A DNA stretch of 64,000 nt from a virus (IMGVR_UViG_3300005573_000057:64001-128000); one strand, 5' to 3'; counted from the stretch's first letter, positions 9,444 to 18,090 are shown. Numbers and translations are program-made. The notes: a model not told the origin generated them from the letters alone.

Positions 9444-9450
9444 GTCAATG

Positions 9451-9951
9451 TCAATCAGAAATTGGTCTGAAAAACACATGATCACCAATAACCGCCGTTC
9501 TCTCCATTTTACCACTCCACGATGGATTGACTTGTTTCGTATGATAGAACAGTGCTCCACGTGTAGGATCTTCCACGGAATGCGACAATACCATACGCGC
9601 AGCGTTGAATGCCGATTCCCATGCACCAACATAAGTAGACGGAATATAAAGATGTTGGAACCAACCCCGTTTAACAGGCTGTAAGAGCCACGAAAATTGG
9701 TAGGGTGACTCAACTACCTTGCAAACACTATCGGGGAACCTAGCGTTGTTTACGCGGTTTAGGACGACCCAACCAACCGCTATTTGACCTTCCAATGGTT
9801 GACTAGTCGCTTCAAACATGATGTTATAGGCCATGCAAATTTCCTCTTTCAGAGAAACAATCGGATGCGGAATATAACCAGCATCCGAAATAGTGTGCAG
9901 AGGGATCATCACCATGAACACGACTAACACCAGTCTAATCACCGCCCGCAT
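9451..9951 (-). CDS. Cell wall hydrolase SleB/Hydrolase_2
   Basis: Signal peptide; CMAYNIMFEA, AVGWVVLNRV, FPDSVCKVV, YQFSW, GALFYH and IGDHVF. Confidence 0.92.
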   Translation of the reverse strand: MRAVIRLVLVVFMVMIPLHTISDAGYIPHPIVSLKEEICMAYNIMFEATSQPLEGQIAVGWVVLNRVNNARFPDSVCKVVESPYQFSWLLQPVKRGWFQHLYIPSTYVGAWESAFNAARMVLSHSVEDPTRGALFYHTKQVNPSWSGKMERTAVIGDHVFFRPISD

Positions 9952-10454
9952 CAGTGGACAGTCCTCGATTCGAGCGAATCAACAGTCACTTGGCCTTTAT
10001 TTGCAGATTCCTTCAAAGATGTATGAAAATCTTCCACTGTTGAATATTGAACCACATTCAAAGGATTAACTTCATCGCTTTCCCCTTGTTCGACCGCACC
10101 AGATTCACGTTCATCGTTGACGGTTTTTGAAAACTCAGACACCGCCAAAGCAACCCACTTCATTGCGGCATGGGCCGATTCTTTGTCTACCTCAAGAACG
10201 CTTTCAATATCGCCCAAGATGTTGTTCGCAATTTGTGCGTATCGACTATACAAAACCATCGAATCAACTTGTGAACGACCCGCTGTAACTAGACCTGAGA
10301 TAAGCTCCAACGAGTAGACAAGTTTGGCTATTAGACCAGCCGCCTTACCGTACTTTCCCACAAGTTCCGAAAAAGCAATTCCAACTGCATTTTCGACTTT
10401 CACATCATTAGAACCATTACCATTGCCATTGCCATGCCCAGAAAGATCGCTCAT
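9951..10454 (-). CDS. Hypothetical protein
   Basis: 167 aa ORF with RBS GGAG, translationally coupled to the hydrolase gene. Confidence 0.7.
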   Translation of the reverse strand: MSDLSGHGNGNGNGSNDVKVENAVGIAFSELVGKYGKAAGLIAKLVYSLELISGLVTAGRSQVDSMVLYSRYAQIANNILGDIESVLEVDKESAHAAMKWVALAVSEFSKTVNDERESGAVEQGESDEVNPLNVVQYSTVEDFHTSLKESANKGQVTVDSLESRTVH

Positions 10455-11042
10455 GATTTAACTCCTTGGTTATTTAACGAAACTCACTTTTGTCCTTCAC
10501 CAGAAGAACTCAAGTCTACAAAACTTATGGGATTTGTCTATGTCATTGCCCATAATGAAACTAAAAAATCATACATCGGCAAAAAAACTTTTTGGTCACA
10601 CAGAAAGCTCAAACCATCTGACAAACGCAGAACAACAGTCGAAAGCGATTGGAGAACTTACTGCGGGAGCAACAAGGAACTTCAAGCACTGTTCAAAAAG
10701 AATCCATCACACTTCACCCGCACAATCCTTTACTTATGCAATACCAAATATGGAATGTCCTATAACGAAGATCGGCTACTATATGCCTACAATGTCCTTG
10801 AAAACCCCGATCTTTTTTACAACGACAATATAGCAGGAAAATACTTCATTGGCAAGTTTGACCAGTGGTATCGCCCTGCTGGATACGGAGTCTTTCCAGA
10901 GCATCTTCAAACGCAATCGGTGTATAATCCGTATGTTCAACCGATACACACAAATATCGGGGGTCAACCGATCCATCAGGCAACAACACTCGACGCGAAT
11001 GCAAATGACCATGCACATTCCCTACACACCACGTTGCAATAG
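10434..11042 (+). CDS. GIY-YIG-family endonuclease
   Basis: GFVYVI...YIGKK, ESDWRTYCGSN, E..L....VL and FYNDNI; on the strand opposite its neighbours. Confidence 0.8.
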   Translation: MPRKIAHDLTPWLFNETHFCPSPEELKSTKLMGFVYVIAHNETKKSYIGKKTFWSHRKLKPSDKRRTTVESDWRTYCGSNKELQALFKKNPSHFTRTILYLCNTKYGMSYNEDRLLYAYNVLENPDLFYNDNIAGKYFIGKFDQWYRPAGYGVFPEHLQTQSVYNPYVQPIHTNIGGQPIHQATTLDANANDHAHSLHTTLQ

Positions 11043-11400
11043 ACGTTGGATGAATAGGGATATGACTCAGAAGCGCATTCCCAAGCTTATGAGATCCACG
11101 AATATCATAGAAATATTTCAAATAGTCTGCCACTCCATAAATGTCGTGGTTCCCCTTGACCAAAATCTTCTTGCCGTTCATCCTACCAAACGCCTCAAGT
11201 CCTTTTTTGGTCATTGATACATCACCCAACACATAAACTTTATCGTATTGCTTTACCACGGCATTCCAACGCTCAATCATGTCCGATTCCATATCGGACA
11301 AATTTGTCCACGGACGAATCAATGCATCGTTGTCATCACGAAAAGTCACGATGCGTGGATGCCCAAAATGTAGATCGGCAGTAAGAAAACAGTTACTCAT
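10846..11400 (-). CDS. Calcineurin-like metallophosphoesterase
   Basis: DLHFGH, LGD, GNHD, HIP and HGHLH. Confidence 0.9.
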   Translation of the reverse strand: MSNCFLTADLHFGHPRIVTFRDDNDALIRPWTNLSDMESDMIERWNAVVKQYDKVYVLGDVSMTKKGLEAFGRMNGKKILVKGNHDIYGVADYLKYFYDIRGSHKLGNALLSHIPIHPTSIATWCVGNVHGHLHSRRVLLPDGSVDPRYLCVSVEHTDYTPIAFEDALERLRIQQGDTTGQTCQ

Positions 11401-11457
11401 GATTTTTTTCTATTCCTTATTTTGATCGAATTCAACCGCTACGTTTTCACTGCGGAT

Positions 11458-11625
11458 CTACAAATACAGGGCGAGCAAAACCCCAATGGCAGCGCCGAAA
11501 GCCACCGTCAAGACGAAAGCTAGTGCTCGGCTTTCCCGTTTTGCGGGTTTGTAGGTTTGTGTGTACTTGGTGCGCTTGGCACCTCGTGTCAGTTCTCGGT
11601 TCGCATTATATTCGGATTCGCGCAT
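11458..11625 (-). CDS. Small membrane protein
   Basis: RBS AAGGAG; basic N-terminus and C-terminal hydrophobic helix. Confidence 0.6.
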   Translation of the reverse strand: MRESEYNANRELTRGAKRTKYTQTYKPAKRESRALAFVLTVAFGAAIGVLLALYL

Positions 11626-11635
11626 GTTTAGCTCC

Positions 11636-11965
11636 TTAAAATTGTTGATAGAGAAACGTGTCACCTTTAGACCAAACAATAGTGGTGTTGTCGTTAAGAA
11701 ATTCCTCTACTAGATCACATTTATCGGAATTATCCTCGCAGCCCGAAACGTCAAGTCCGTAGTAATAGAGGAATTCATCGACAGTTGATTCCGCATAGTT
11801 GCAGCAGATTGTAGGTATGTCCAGTTCAATTTTTTCTCCGGTATCTTCTTCATATTGTTCAAAATAATCGAATAGCGCTTCAAGGGCTTCGTTGCTAAAT
11901 TGATCTTCGCAACCATGACGCCGGATGGCATCGCAAAACTCCGAAAACGTGATGCGTAGATACAT
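11636..11965 (-). CDS. Small highly acidic early protein
   Basis: 109 aa with about 26 Asp/Glu and 6 Lys/Arg; first gene after the 12003-12067 promoter. Confidence 0.75.
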   Translation of the reverse strand: MYLRITFSEFCDAIRRHGCEDQFSNEALEALFDYFEQYEEDTGEKIELDIPTICCNYAESTVDEFLYYYGLDVSGCEDNSDKCDLVEEFLNDNTTIVWSKGDTFLYQQF

Positions 11966-12002
11966 GATTTACTCTCTTTCTCTTAGCTTCATCGCACTAT
12001 TG

Positions 12003-12067
12003 CGATAAGTGAACTATAGCAGATCAATTCGCGCTATAGTCATTGGTTAACAGACTTTTACATCTTT
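12003..12067 (-). promoter_or_regulatory. Boxed promoter, copy A: AAAGATGTAAAAGTCTGTTAAC-N24-TGCTATAGT
   Basis: The same 22-nt box and the same 24-nt spacing to an extended -10 recur at 17982-18046. Confidence 0.65.
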
Positions 12068-12074
12068 ACCTATG

Positions 12075-12416
12075 TTAGCCATTCTGCTGCGCACTCTTTA
12101 CGCCATCTTCAAACGCTCGGGTAATAAGTTCCTCAAGTTCATTTTCTGACAAAAATGCCATCCTCGTCACAAGTTTTACCTTTGACAAACCATAGACATA
12201 TGAATCGGATTCATCGAGCTTTTTGATATTAACCATTTCGTTAATATAGTTAAGGTTCTTCAATTGGTTAAACAGCATTTCAAGCCCTTGCTCTTGTAAA
12301 GCTTCTTTACCAAGAGGGGATGCCGGATCGCCGGGTGGAAAAATCGGCTTACTTTCAAAATGTTCCAGCAAAAGCGCCTTTTCATCGTTGATGCGCGTTT
12401 TCAAAATCTTGTTCAT
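12075..12416 (-). CDS. Hypothetical protein
   Basis: Follows a sigma70 promoter cassette with RBS AAGGAG. Confidence 0.7.
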   Translation of the reverse strand: MNKILKTRINDEKALLLEHFESKPIFPPGDPASPLGKEALQEQGLEMLFNQLKNLNYINEMVNIKKLDESDSYVYGLSKVKLVTRMAFLSENELEELITRAFEDGVKSAQQNG

Positions 12417-12420
12417 GACC

Positions 12421-12474
12421 AACTCCTTATCAATGTTTACAACTTAATTGTAGATGATCCCTAGCAAAAGTCAA
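12421..12474 (-). promoter_or_regulatory. Early promoter cassette (TTGACT...TACAAT, AGTTGTAAACATTGATAAGGAG)
   Basis: The leader recurs at 13941-13994 and 44597-44648, with a partial match at 41011-41061. Confidence 0.75.
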
Positions 12475-13001
12475 GAAGAAATTTCTCGATTCCCCGAAAT
12501 CAAATAGTCCCCATAGACTTTAGCATTTCCGTAGACCCGAGCATTCCCAGAGACACGAGCATTCCGAAAAACATGAGCATTTTCGTAGACCCGAGCATGC
12601 CCATAGAGTTGAGCATTCCCACAAACACGAGAATTCCCATACACCAGAGCATTCTCGACAACCTGGGAGTTCTCGAAGATCCACGCATTACCATAGACCA
12701 TAGCCTTTCCAGAAACCCATGAATTTTCAAAGACCATACTATTCTGGAAGACTTGAGCATCCCCGAAGACCAAAGCATTCCCGAATACCTTAGCATCATC
12801 AAAGACCCGAGCATTTCCGAAAACTAGTGCAGTCCCGTAGACCCAGCAGTTTCCCTCTTGACTCAAATTCTGTTCGGATTCGAGATAGCCGCCTATGTTT
12901 CCTGCGCGAAAATCGCCAAAATCGCGCAAAGCGCGGATACGGTAAAGAGTGCGGCCAGAAAATTCGATAGATTCATTTTTCAACAGTTCATACTTGTTCA
13001 T
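12471..13001 (-). CDS. Hexapeptide-repeat (left-handed beta-helix) protein, copy 1
   Basis: Conserved head MNKYELLK...LYRIRALRDFG...GGYLESE.NLSQEGNCWV followed by about 21 GNARVY-type repeats. The ORF-track N-terminal extension comes from an IS end. Confidence 0.85.
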   Translation of the reverse strand: MNKYELLKNESIEFSGRTLYRIRALRDFGDFRAGNIGGYLESEQNLSQEGNCWVYGTALVFGNARVFDDAKVFGNALVFGDAQVFQNSMVFENSWVSGKAMVYGNAWIFENSQVVENALVYGNSRVCGNAQLYGHARVYENAHVFRNARVSGNARVYGNAKVYGDYLISGNREISS

Positions 13002-13147
13002 CGGTTTGCGCGTGAAACCTCGGCATTTATACCGAGTAGGTATAAAGCAGAACGAGAAGCGTTCTATGCTTTGTGGCGTACCCAAATCACTCTCCATTTT
13101 TGCCACAGTTAAAAGGTGGGGGATTTCGCCCCGCTGGGGCGAGGCGA
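13002..13147 (-). mobile_element. Truncated IscB mini-element (linker + right end only)
   Basis: Aligns with 343-480 and 19475-19580; followed by ATGAA, the start of LbH copy 1. Confidence 0.85.
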
Positions 13148-13296
13148 GAACAAAGAAGAAATATCACATGACGCGGATTTTTGAGTTCAGCTTCTACATC
13201 ATATTCGCCATCACAATGCTTCATAGCATATTCAGCAAGATTCACTAGGTCTTCAAGACTATCCAATGCTAGTTTCAGCAGTTCAACATCGTTCAT
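13087..13296 (-). CDS. Hypothetical protein whose C-terminus reads into the IS remnant
   Basis: RBS AAGGA, starts MNDVELLK; the last ~17 codons derive from the mini-element. Confidence 0.55.
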   Translation of the reverse strand: MNDVELLKLALDSLEDLVNLAEYAMKHCDGEYDVEAELKNPRHVIFLLCSRLAPAGRNPPPFNCGKNGE

Positions 13297-13306
13297 GACA
13301 AATTCC

Positions 13307-13936
13307 TTATGCGTTGTTCTCGAAGACATGGGAAGTTTCAAAGACCCGAGAGTTACCAGAAACTACAGCATCCCCATAGACGCGAGAATTCTCAGAGACC
13401 CGAGCATCGCCGAAAACCAACGCATCCCCGCAGACCTCGGCATTATCGACTACCCGAGCATACCCAAAGACTTTACCATTTTCGTAGACCCAAGCAGTCC
13501 CCAAGATCCAACAATTTCCGTGGACACGAGCACCCCCGAAGATCCGCGCATCCATGTAAACCCAAGCATGCTCGAAGACATGAGCAACGTCATAGACCCG
13601 AGCATACCCACAAACCCAAGCACACCCGTAAACCGCAGAATCCCCGTAAACCCGAGAATTCCCATAGACCTCAGAATCCCCGGAGACAAGAGCATTTTCA
13701 AAGACCCTAGAATTCTCAAAGACTTGAGCATTCTCGTAGACATGGGCATTCCCGTAGACACGAGCATTATCGGAAACCCAACAATTTCCATCTTGACTCA
13801 AATTCTTTTCGGATTCGAGATAACCGCCTTTGTCGCCTGCACGAACAGCACCGAAATCGCGCAGAGCGCGGATACGGTAAAGGACTCGCCCATCGACTTC
13901 AACAGTTTCATCTTTCAAAAGTTCGTACTTGTTCAT
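13307..13936 (-). CDS. Hexapeptide-repeat (LbH) protein, copy 2
   Basis: Same head domain plus about 26 hexapeptide repeats; RBS AAGGAG. Confidence 0.85.
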   Translation of the reverse strand: MNKYELLKDETVEVDGRVLYRIRALRDFGAVRAGDKGGYLESEKNLSQDGNCWVSDNARVYGNAHVYENAQVFENSRVFENALVSGDSEVYGNSRVYGDSAVYGCAWVCGYARVYDVAHVFEHAWVYMDARIFGGARVHGNCWILGTAWVYENGKVFGYARVVDNAEVCGDALVFGDARVSENSRVYGDAVVSGNSRVFETSHVFENNA

Positions 13937-13940
13937 GATT

Positions 13941-13994
13941 AACTCCTTATCAACATTTACAACTGCATTATAGACCATCCACCAAAGAAATCAA
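13941..13994 (-). promoter_or_regulatory. Early promoter cassette (TTGATT...TATAAT, AGTTGTAAATGTTGATAAGGAG)
   Basis: Paralogous to 12421-12474. Confidence 0.75.
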
Positions 13995-14075
13995 GAAGAA
14001 ATTTCTTGATTCCGGGAGACCCGAGCATTCCCAGAAATCCGAGAACACCCAAAAACGCGACCATTTCTGTAGACC
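13991..14075 (-). pseudogene. 3' remnant of a fourth LbH repeat gene
   Basis: Translates VYRNGRVFGCSRISGNARVSRNQEISS*, with the same EISS* ending as copy 1. Confidence 0.75.
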
Positions 14076-14513
14076 TCAAGATCCAAACTTGAATACAAGT
14101 TGCAAACCAAGAACCCCAGAAGTGCCTTTGACAGTTGGAGGAATAACCATCAAATTAAAACCATAATTTGAGTGACGATACGCCACGAGTAAACCACCAA
14201 TAACCGGAGTTTCATATCCGGTAGCTGGGCCACCAAACGCACCCAATGCAAAGTCGCCAAGATGAATAGGTGTATAAGAAGCAACAAAATAGACAGTCTG
14301 TTGATAATAGCTGTTCTTGTACTCTCCGCCAGAAATTCCCCAATTTCCAACATCATACTCTAATCCAACACCAGCGTTGACCTGATCGAAACCACGGTCA
14401 GGAAAGTGTCGGCTCACCGTTGTCACGGCACCATATAAACCATCAGCGTGTGCCATCGGCATCGCAACAAGTACGCTCAACATCATAAACAAACTCAAGA
14501 ACATCTTTTTCAT
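14076..14513 (-). CDS. Small outer-membrane beta-barrel protein (PagP-like family)
   Basis: Sec signal peptide (AHA cleavage), amphipathic beta strands, SRHF/NAGVGLEY/YKNSY/ATGY motifs and near-terminal Phe. Confidence 0.65.
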   Translation of the reverse strand: MKKMFLSLFMMLSVLVAMPMAHADGLYGAVTTVSRHFPDRGFDQVNAGVGLEYDVGNWGISGGEYKNSYYQQTVYFVASYTPIHLGDFALGAFGGPATGYETPVIGGLLVAYRHSNYGFNLMVIPPTVKGTSGVLGLQLVFKFGS

Positions 14514-14567
14514 GATAAATTCTCCAAATGTTTGAAAAACGAGATAAATTCACGAACCTCAATTAAC

Positions 14568-14596
14568 ATCATACCACACAGACGCCACCTTGTCAA
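14568..14596 (-). promoter_or_regulatory. Sigma70 promoter TTGACA-17-TATGAT
   Basis: Near-consensus; the -35 overlaps the gp43 stop codon. Confidence 0.75.
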
Positions 14597-17133
14597 TCAT
14601 CAAAAAATGCTTCCAGACTCGACCGTTCTTCAACATCCAGATCGGCTACCGAACACATCTTAGACAATGGCGACAAGAACAGCTTATCAAACATTGTATC
14701 ATAGTCAAACATCTTTTCCATTCCCAATTCTGGTGGAATTTCTCCAACAAATCCAAACACATTTTCCCTTGTTCTGTTCGGAGTTTTCAAATAAAAATAC
14801 TTCATTTTAGATCCGTTGTAGATCATTGGATACTGAACACTATCGAACTTTCCTTTCTCCATCGCATCATTGTAGAGCAACGCTGCCCTCACATAGATTG
14901 GAGTTTTGGCAACGTATACAACACCGTTGCGATTTGACGACTTATACTTTTCAAGCCCATTGACGCCAACCGTAAACGAAATTTTGTTGATCGGAGACTC
15001 GTAAAATGCTTTCTTCACATCCTTGACATATTGGATGATCTTGGCCTGATCACCGTCCAAGATGTAATTCAGAGATTCTTTCAAACGGTTTTGAATAAGT
15101 TTTGGTGTCGTTGAACGTACAATTTCCAAGCCAACAACTTTAAGAACCGGCTCGTGATAGTAAACACCCTCATTGTATAAAACGCGCATGACATAGCGTT
15201 TCTTCGCAACATACAAGATGTGATCACCGATTGCTTCGAGTTTGAAACTAATGAAATTTTCTTTGAATCCGACCTTTTCAAGTTGGTTGTTAACAATTCG
15301 TTGAATAGCAGGTTGGAGCTTATCAATTGCATATCGTTCAATCATTCTGACGATTTTTGCTTTGTCTGTTCGATCTACAATTGGATAAATAAACTTTTCA
15401 ACAATGGATTGAAGGTCAATATACATGCTGTCTGTATCACCAGCAATCACGTTGGCTTGAACATTCCCCAAATATCGACCCAAAGACATTTCACATGATC
15501 GAATGATGTATTGACCGCCAGCAGTGATTGCTTCTGCCAAGTCAATGTCGAAGAATCTGAAAAACTTGTTGCCAAGCGCCCCATATGCAGAATTGAGCAA
15601 AAGCTTAAAGGCGTTCTGCATCGAGTTCAAACGAGATATTTCAATTGCAACATTGGTTGCATCTTCGCCACTATACTCTCCAGATTCAAGACGCTTCTTG
15701 AGTGCAAGCATTTCCCCCTTAACCTTCTTGCGACGGATAAAGTAGTATCGAAACAACCGTGGAATGAATCCTTCTTTCGTTAAATCAAACAGTACCCCGT
15801 TCGCAGCAATGCAAGTCCCTTCTGGGCGTTCCACAGCTTCGACACGATCCAAAAGCGTCTGGGGATTTACATTTTCCATCCTATACAGCTTTGTATCGGG
15901 GCTAATGTTCCATGTGATAGCTGTGCTCGGATACAGGGAAGTCGCGTCCACACTGCACGACCATCCATAATTTTTTGGAATTGGTTCAATAACATAGGCA
16001 CCATCATAACTTTGCGACCGAGCTTCTTTTGGTGGATCAAAGACAACATTTCTTCGTTCAAAGTCGTTGTAAATGATGCTTTCCCAAGTTTTGACTGGCG
16101 AGTATGCATCTTCAAAGTTCTCTTTTGCTTCATACCCTACAGAACAATGTTGATCAATGTATCCAAGCTTGTTGTCCAACACATCCACGACCCTAACGTC
16201 ATCAATGTTATAGAGGACAAACCGATTCCAATGTTTCGTATAAAGTTCGACAAAGCCACCTGATAAATCCTCAAAGGTGTTCTTTTGAACTTCCACGTTT
16301 TCATGTTCAGCAATAAATCCAAGCGTCCATGATTCTCGGCTTCCCGATGCATACTTTTTATACAGCGCCAACAAGTCAAGTTGCGAAACTCCGGGAATCC
16401 GAATAACATCAATTTCTTTGTTGTTGTAACCCTTTTCAACATCTTGGTAAACAGTACCCCAAGGAGAAAGGCTATTGGCTCTTTCTTCACCCACTACTCG
16501 CGCAGAACGAGCATAGATGTACGGCATATCAAACCCGTCTGAGTTCCACCCACTTACAACATCCGGGTATGAGGATGCCCATTCTGCCAAAAACTTGTTC
16601 AGCAAGTCAGCTTCGCTAGAACACTGAATGTAGTACCATTTCAACGGTAACTCACCATCAAAAGGTTTGACTCCAAACGTCTTCCCAATTTTTGTTGTTC
16701 GATTGTACAAAGAAATAAGGAGAATGGCCTGAACCGGATTAGATGGAACAGGAATACCCATACCGGGAATAATTTCGGTTTCAATGTCAACGATTACAAC
16801 ATTCAACAGACTCACATCATAGGATGTTGGCAAAGTTGCCATAAACTGTTGAATATAGTTCTGGTTCCCGTAAATTTCTTGGCCATGAACACCATCAAAT
16901 TGCTTTACATAAGACTTCGCATCGTTAATACAGTCAAACTCATATGGAACAACATTGTCACCACCTAAGCTTTTCCATTCGCTTTCACGATCTGTTTTTT
17001 TAAACAGCTTTGGCTTAAACTTAACACGCTCAAGGGTTCTTTGATGCGTGTAAGTATCAATCCCTCGTACCAACAGCGTGTTGCCATACGGGGCAACATG
17101 TGTATACTGGAATGTCGATTTAGTGTAGTCCAT
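14593..17133 (-). CDS. gp43: Family B DNA polymerase gp43
   Basis: DIET, GWNSDGFD, YNIDD, DATSLYPS, KLLLNSAYG, GDTDS and KKRY; uninterrupted. Confidence 0.98.
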   Translation of the reverse strand: MDYTKSTFQYTHVAPYGNTLLVRGIDTYTHQRTLERVKFKPKLFKKTDRESEWKSLGGDNVVPYEFDCINDAKSYVKQFDGVHGQEIYGNQNYIQQFMATLPTSYDVSLLNVVIVDIETEIIPGMGIPVPSNPVQAILLISLYNRTTKIGKTFGVKPFDGELPLKWYYIQCSSEADLLNKFLAEWASSYPDVVSGWNSDGFDMPYIYARSARVVGEERANSLSPWGTVYQDVEKGYNNKEIDVIRIPGVSQLDLLALYKKYASGSRESWTLGFIAEHENVEVQKNTFEDLSGGFVELYTKHWNRFVLYNIDDVRVVDVLDNKLGYIDQHCSVGYEAKENFEDAYSPVKTWESIIYNDFERRNVVFDPPKEARSQSYDGAYVIEPIPKNYGWSCSVDATSLYPSTAITWNISPDTKLYRMENVNPQTLLDRVEAVERPEGTCIAANGVLFDLTKEGFIPRLFRYYFIRRKKVKGEMLALKKRLESGEYSGEDATNVAIEISRLNSMQNAFKLLLNSAYGALGNKFFRFFDIDLAEAITAGGQYIIRSCEMSLGRYLGNVQANVIAGDTDSMYIDLQSIVEKFIYPIVDRTDKAKIVRMIERYAIDKLQPAIQRIVNNQLEKVGFKENFISFKLEAIGDHILYVAKKRYVMRVLYNEGVYYHEPVLKVVGLEIVRSTTPKLIQNRLKESLNYILDGDQAKIIQYVKDVKKAFYESPINKISFTVGVNGLEKYKSSNRNGVVYVAKTPIYVRAALLYNDAMEKGKFDSVQYPMIYNGSKMKYFYLKTPNRTRENVFGFVGEIPPELGMEKMFDYDTMFDKLFLSPLSKMCSVADLDVEERSSLEAFFDD

Positions 17134-17189
17134 GCAAAATTCTCAAAAAGATCAGTGTACTCTACACCACGATGAAAAACAAGATTACA

Positions 17190-17462
17190 TCACGTAGTAA
17201 ATTCTGTAGGGTCTCCGGCAGTTATAATAGCTCCGCATCCTGTAACAGATCCTACACAAGCAACCTCTTTTCCTTCCACAATTTTTGTGGTTGCTGGTGT
17301 TGCGACGATTGGTGTAATACCATGTCCCTTTATCGGACATATATGTAAATCACCAATCCTTGCAATCAACTTACCACCCGAGTATGAATGCTGAGTAGAC
17401 ACAGATAGTATATAACCACCATGACTACTCGGATCACCAAGTCTCGCTACTTGATCTGCCAC
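17190..17462 (-). CDS. PAAR-repeat spike-tip protein (gp5.4-like)
   Basis: VARLGD..SHGG, ARIGD.HICP..GHG and ACVGSVTGCGA. Confidence 0.9.
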   Translation of the reverse strand: MADQVARLGDPSSHGGYILSVSTQHSYSGGKLIARIGDLHICPIKGHGITPIVATPATTKIVEGKEVACVGSVTGCGAIITAGDPTEFTT

Positions 17463-17464
17463 GA

Positions 17465-17866
17465 TTAGAACCGAATGAAGTATTCTTTAGAGAACGATCC
17501 CCATTTGTCAGCACGCGGCCCAATCAGTTCGCCACGGTCTTCTAGGGGATAATACAGAGCGATGCAATCTTGATCAAGGGCGCGGGCCAGTTCATTGCAC
17601 AGTCCAGTGGGGTTATTTGAACGCATCTTCACAACCAGAGTTGGCTCTGTATCGGACGTTTGAGTTCTGAATTGTGCGCTGCCCTCCGCAAATTTATTGC
17701 ACAAATTTCGTGCCACCGACTCATTGGCTCGAACTTCATCTGGGGTGTTTGCACGATCATTGATATACAAACCAACGTTCAACTCGATCAGTTTTGTGTC
17801 ATCCGATTCAATGATAATCTGTTTGACGGCATTGACAAGATCTTGGCTAATTTCTGACAATTGCAT
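17465..17866 (-). CDS. Hypothetical late protein, possibly SAM-lyase-like
   Basis: TEPTLVV...LARALDQDCIA pattern; late-promoter-like motif upstream. Confidence 0.45.
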   Translation of the reverse strand: MQLSEISQDLVNAVKQIIIESDDTKLIELNVGLYINDRANTPDEVRANESVARNLCNKFAEGSAQFRTQTSDTEPTLVVKMRSNNPTGLCNELARALDQDCIALYYPLEDRGELIGPRADKWGSFSKEYFIRF

Positions 17867-17889
17867 GGTGTTTCCTTTGTAAGTATTCA

Positions 17890-17897
17890 GTAGTTAG
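17890..17897 (-). promoter_or_regulatory. Putative gp55-dependent late promoter CTAACTAC
   Basis: The same motif precedes virion genes at 45829, 53303, 54665 and 62004. Confidence 0.6.
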
Positions 17898-17981
17898 TGT
17901 AGCAGAAGTTGTAAACCTGATGGTGAAAAATGTCTGTGAATTGGATTTCGTGTGCTCCTAGTTGTTGGTATCGCGTTGTTC

Positions 17982-18046
17982 CGATAACTGAACTATAGCA
18001 GAAAAATTTCCGATATGCTCACTTGTTAACAGACTTTTACATCTTT
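17982..18046 (-). promoter_or_regulatory. Boxed promoter, copy B
   Basis: Same box and spacing as 12003-12067; its RBS (TAGGAG) is followed by ACG rather than ATG. Confidence 0.6.
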
Positions 18047-18090
18047 CGCATCCTTCCCCGCCCCGAAAGGGGGGGTCTGTCTCTCAACTG
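18047..18090 (-). mobile_element. Orphan IS605 left-end hairpin
   Basis: CAGTTGAGAGACAGACCCCCCCTTTCGGGGCGGGGAAGGAT resembles 24198-24240; immediately preceded by TTGAT. Confidence 0.7.

Noticed and set aside
9425-9450. tRNA 5' half on the plus strand (GGGGTCTGTAGCTCAATTGGTCA)
   Set aside because: No anticodon arm or T-arm follows; the sequence aligns with the IS605 left ends at 18047-18090 and 24198-24242.
13181-13942. Long antisense and alternate-frame ORFs over the LbH genes
   Set aside because: These are by-products of an 18-nt repeat lacking stops in other frames; no RBS or independent motifs.
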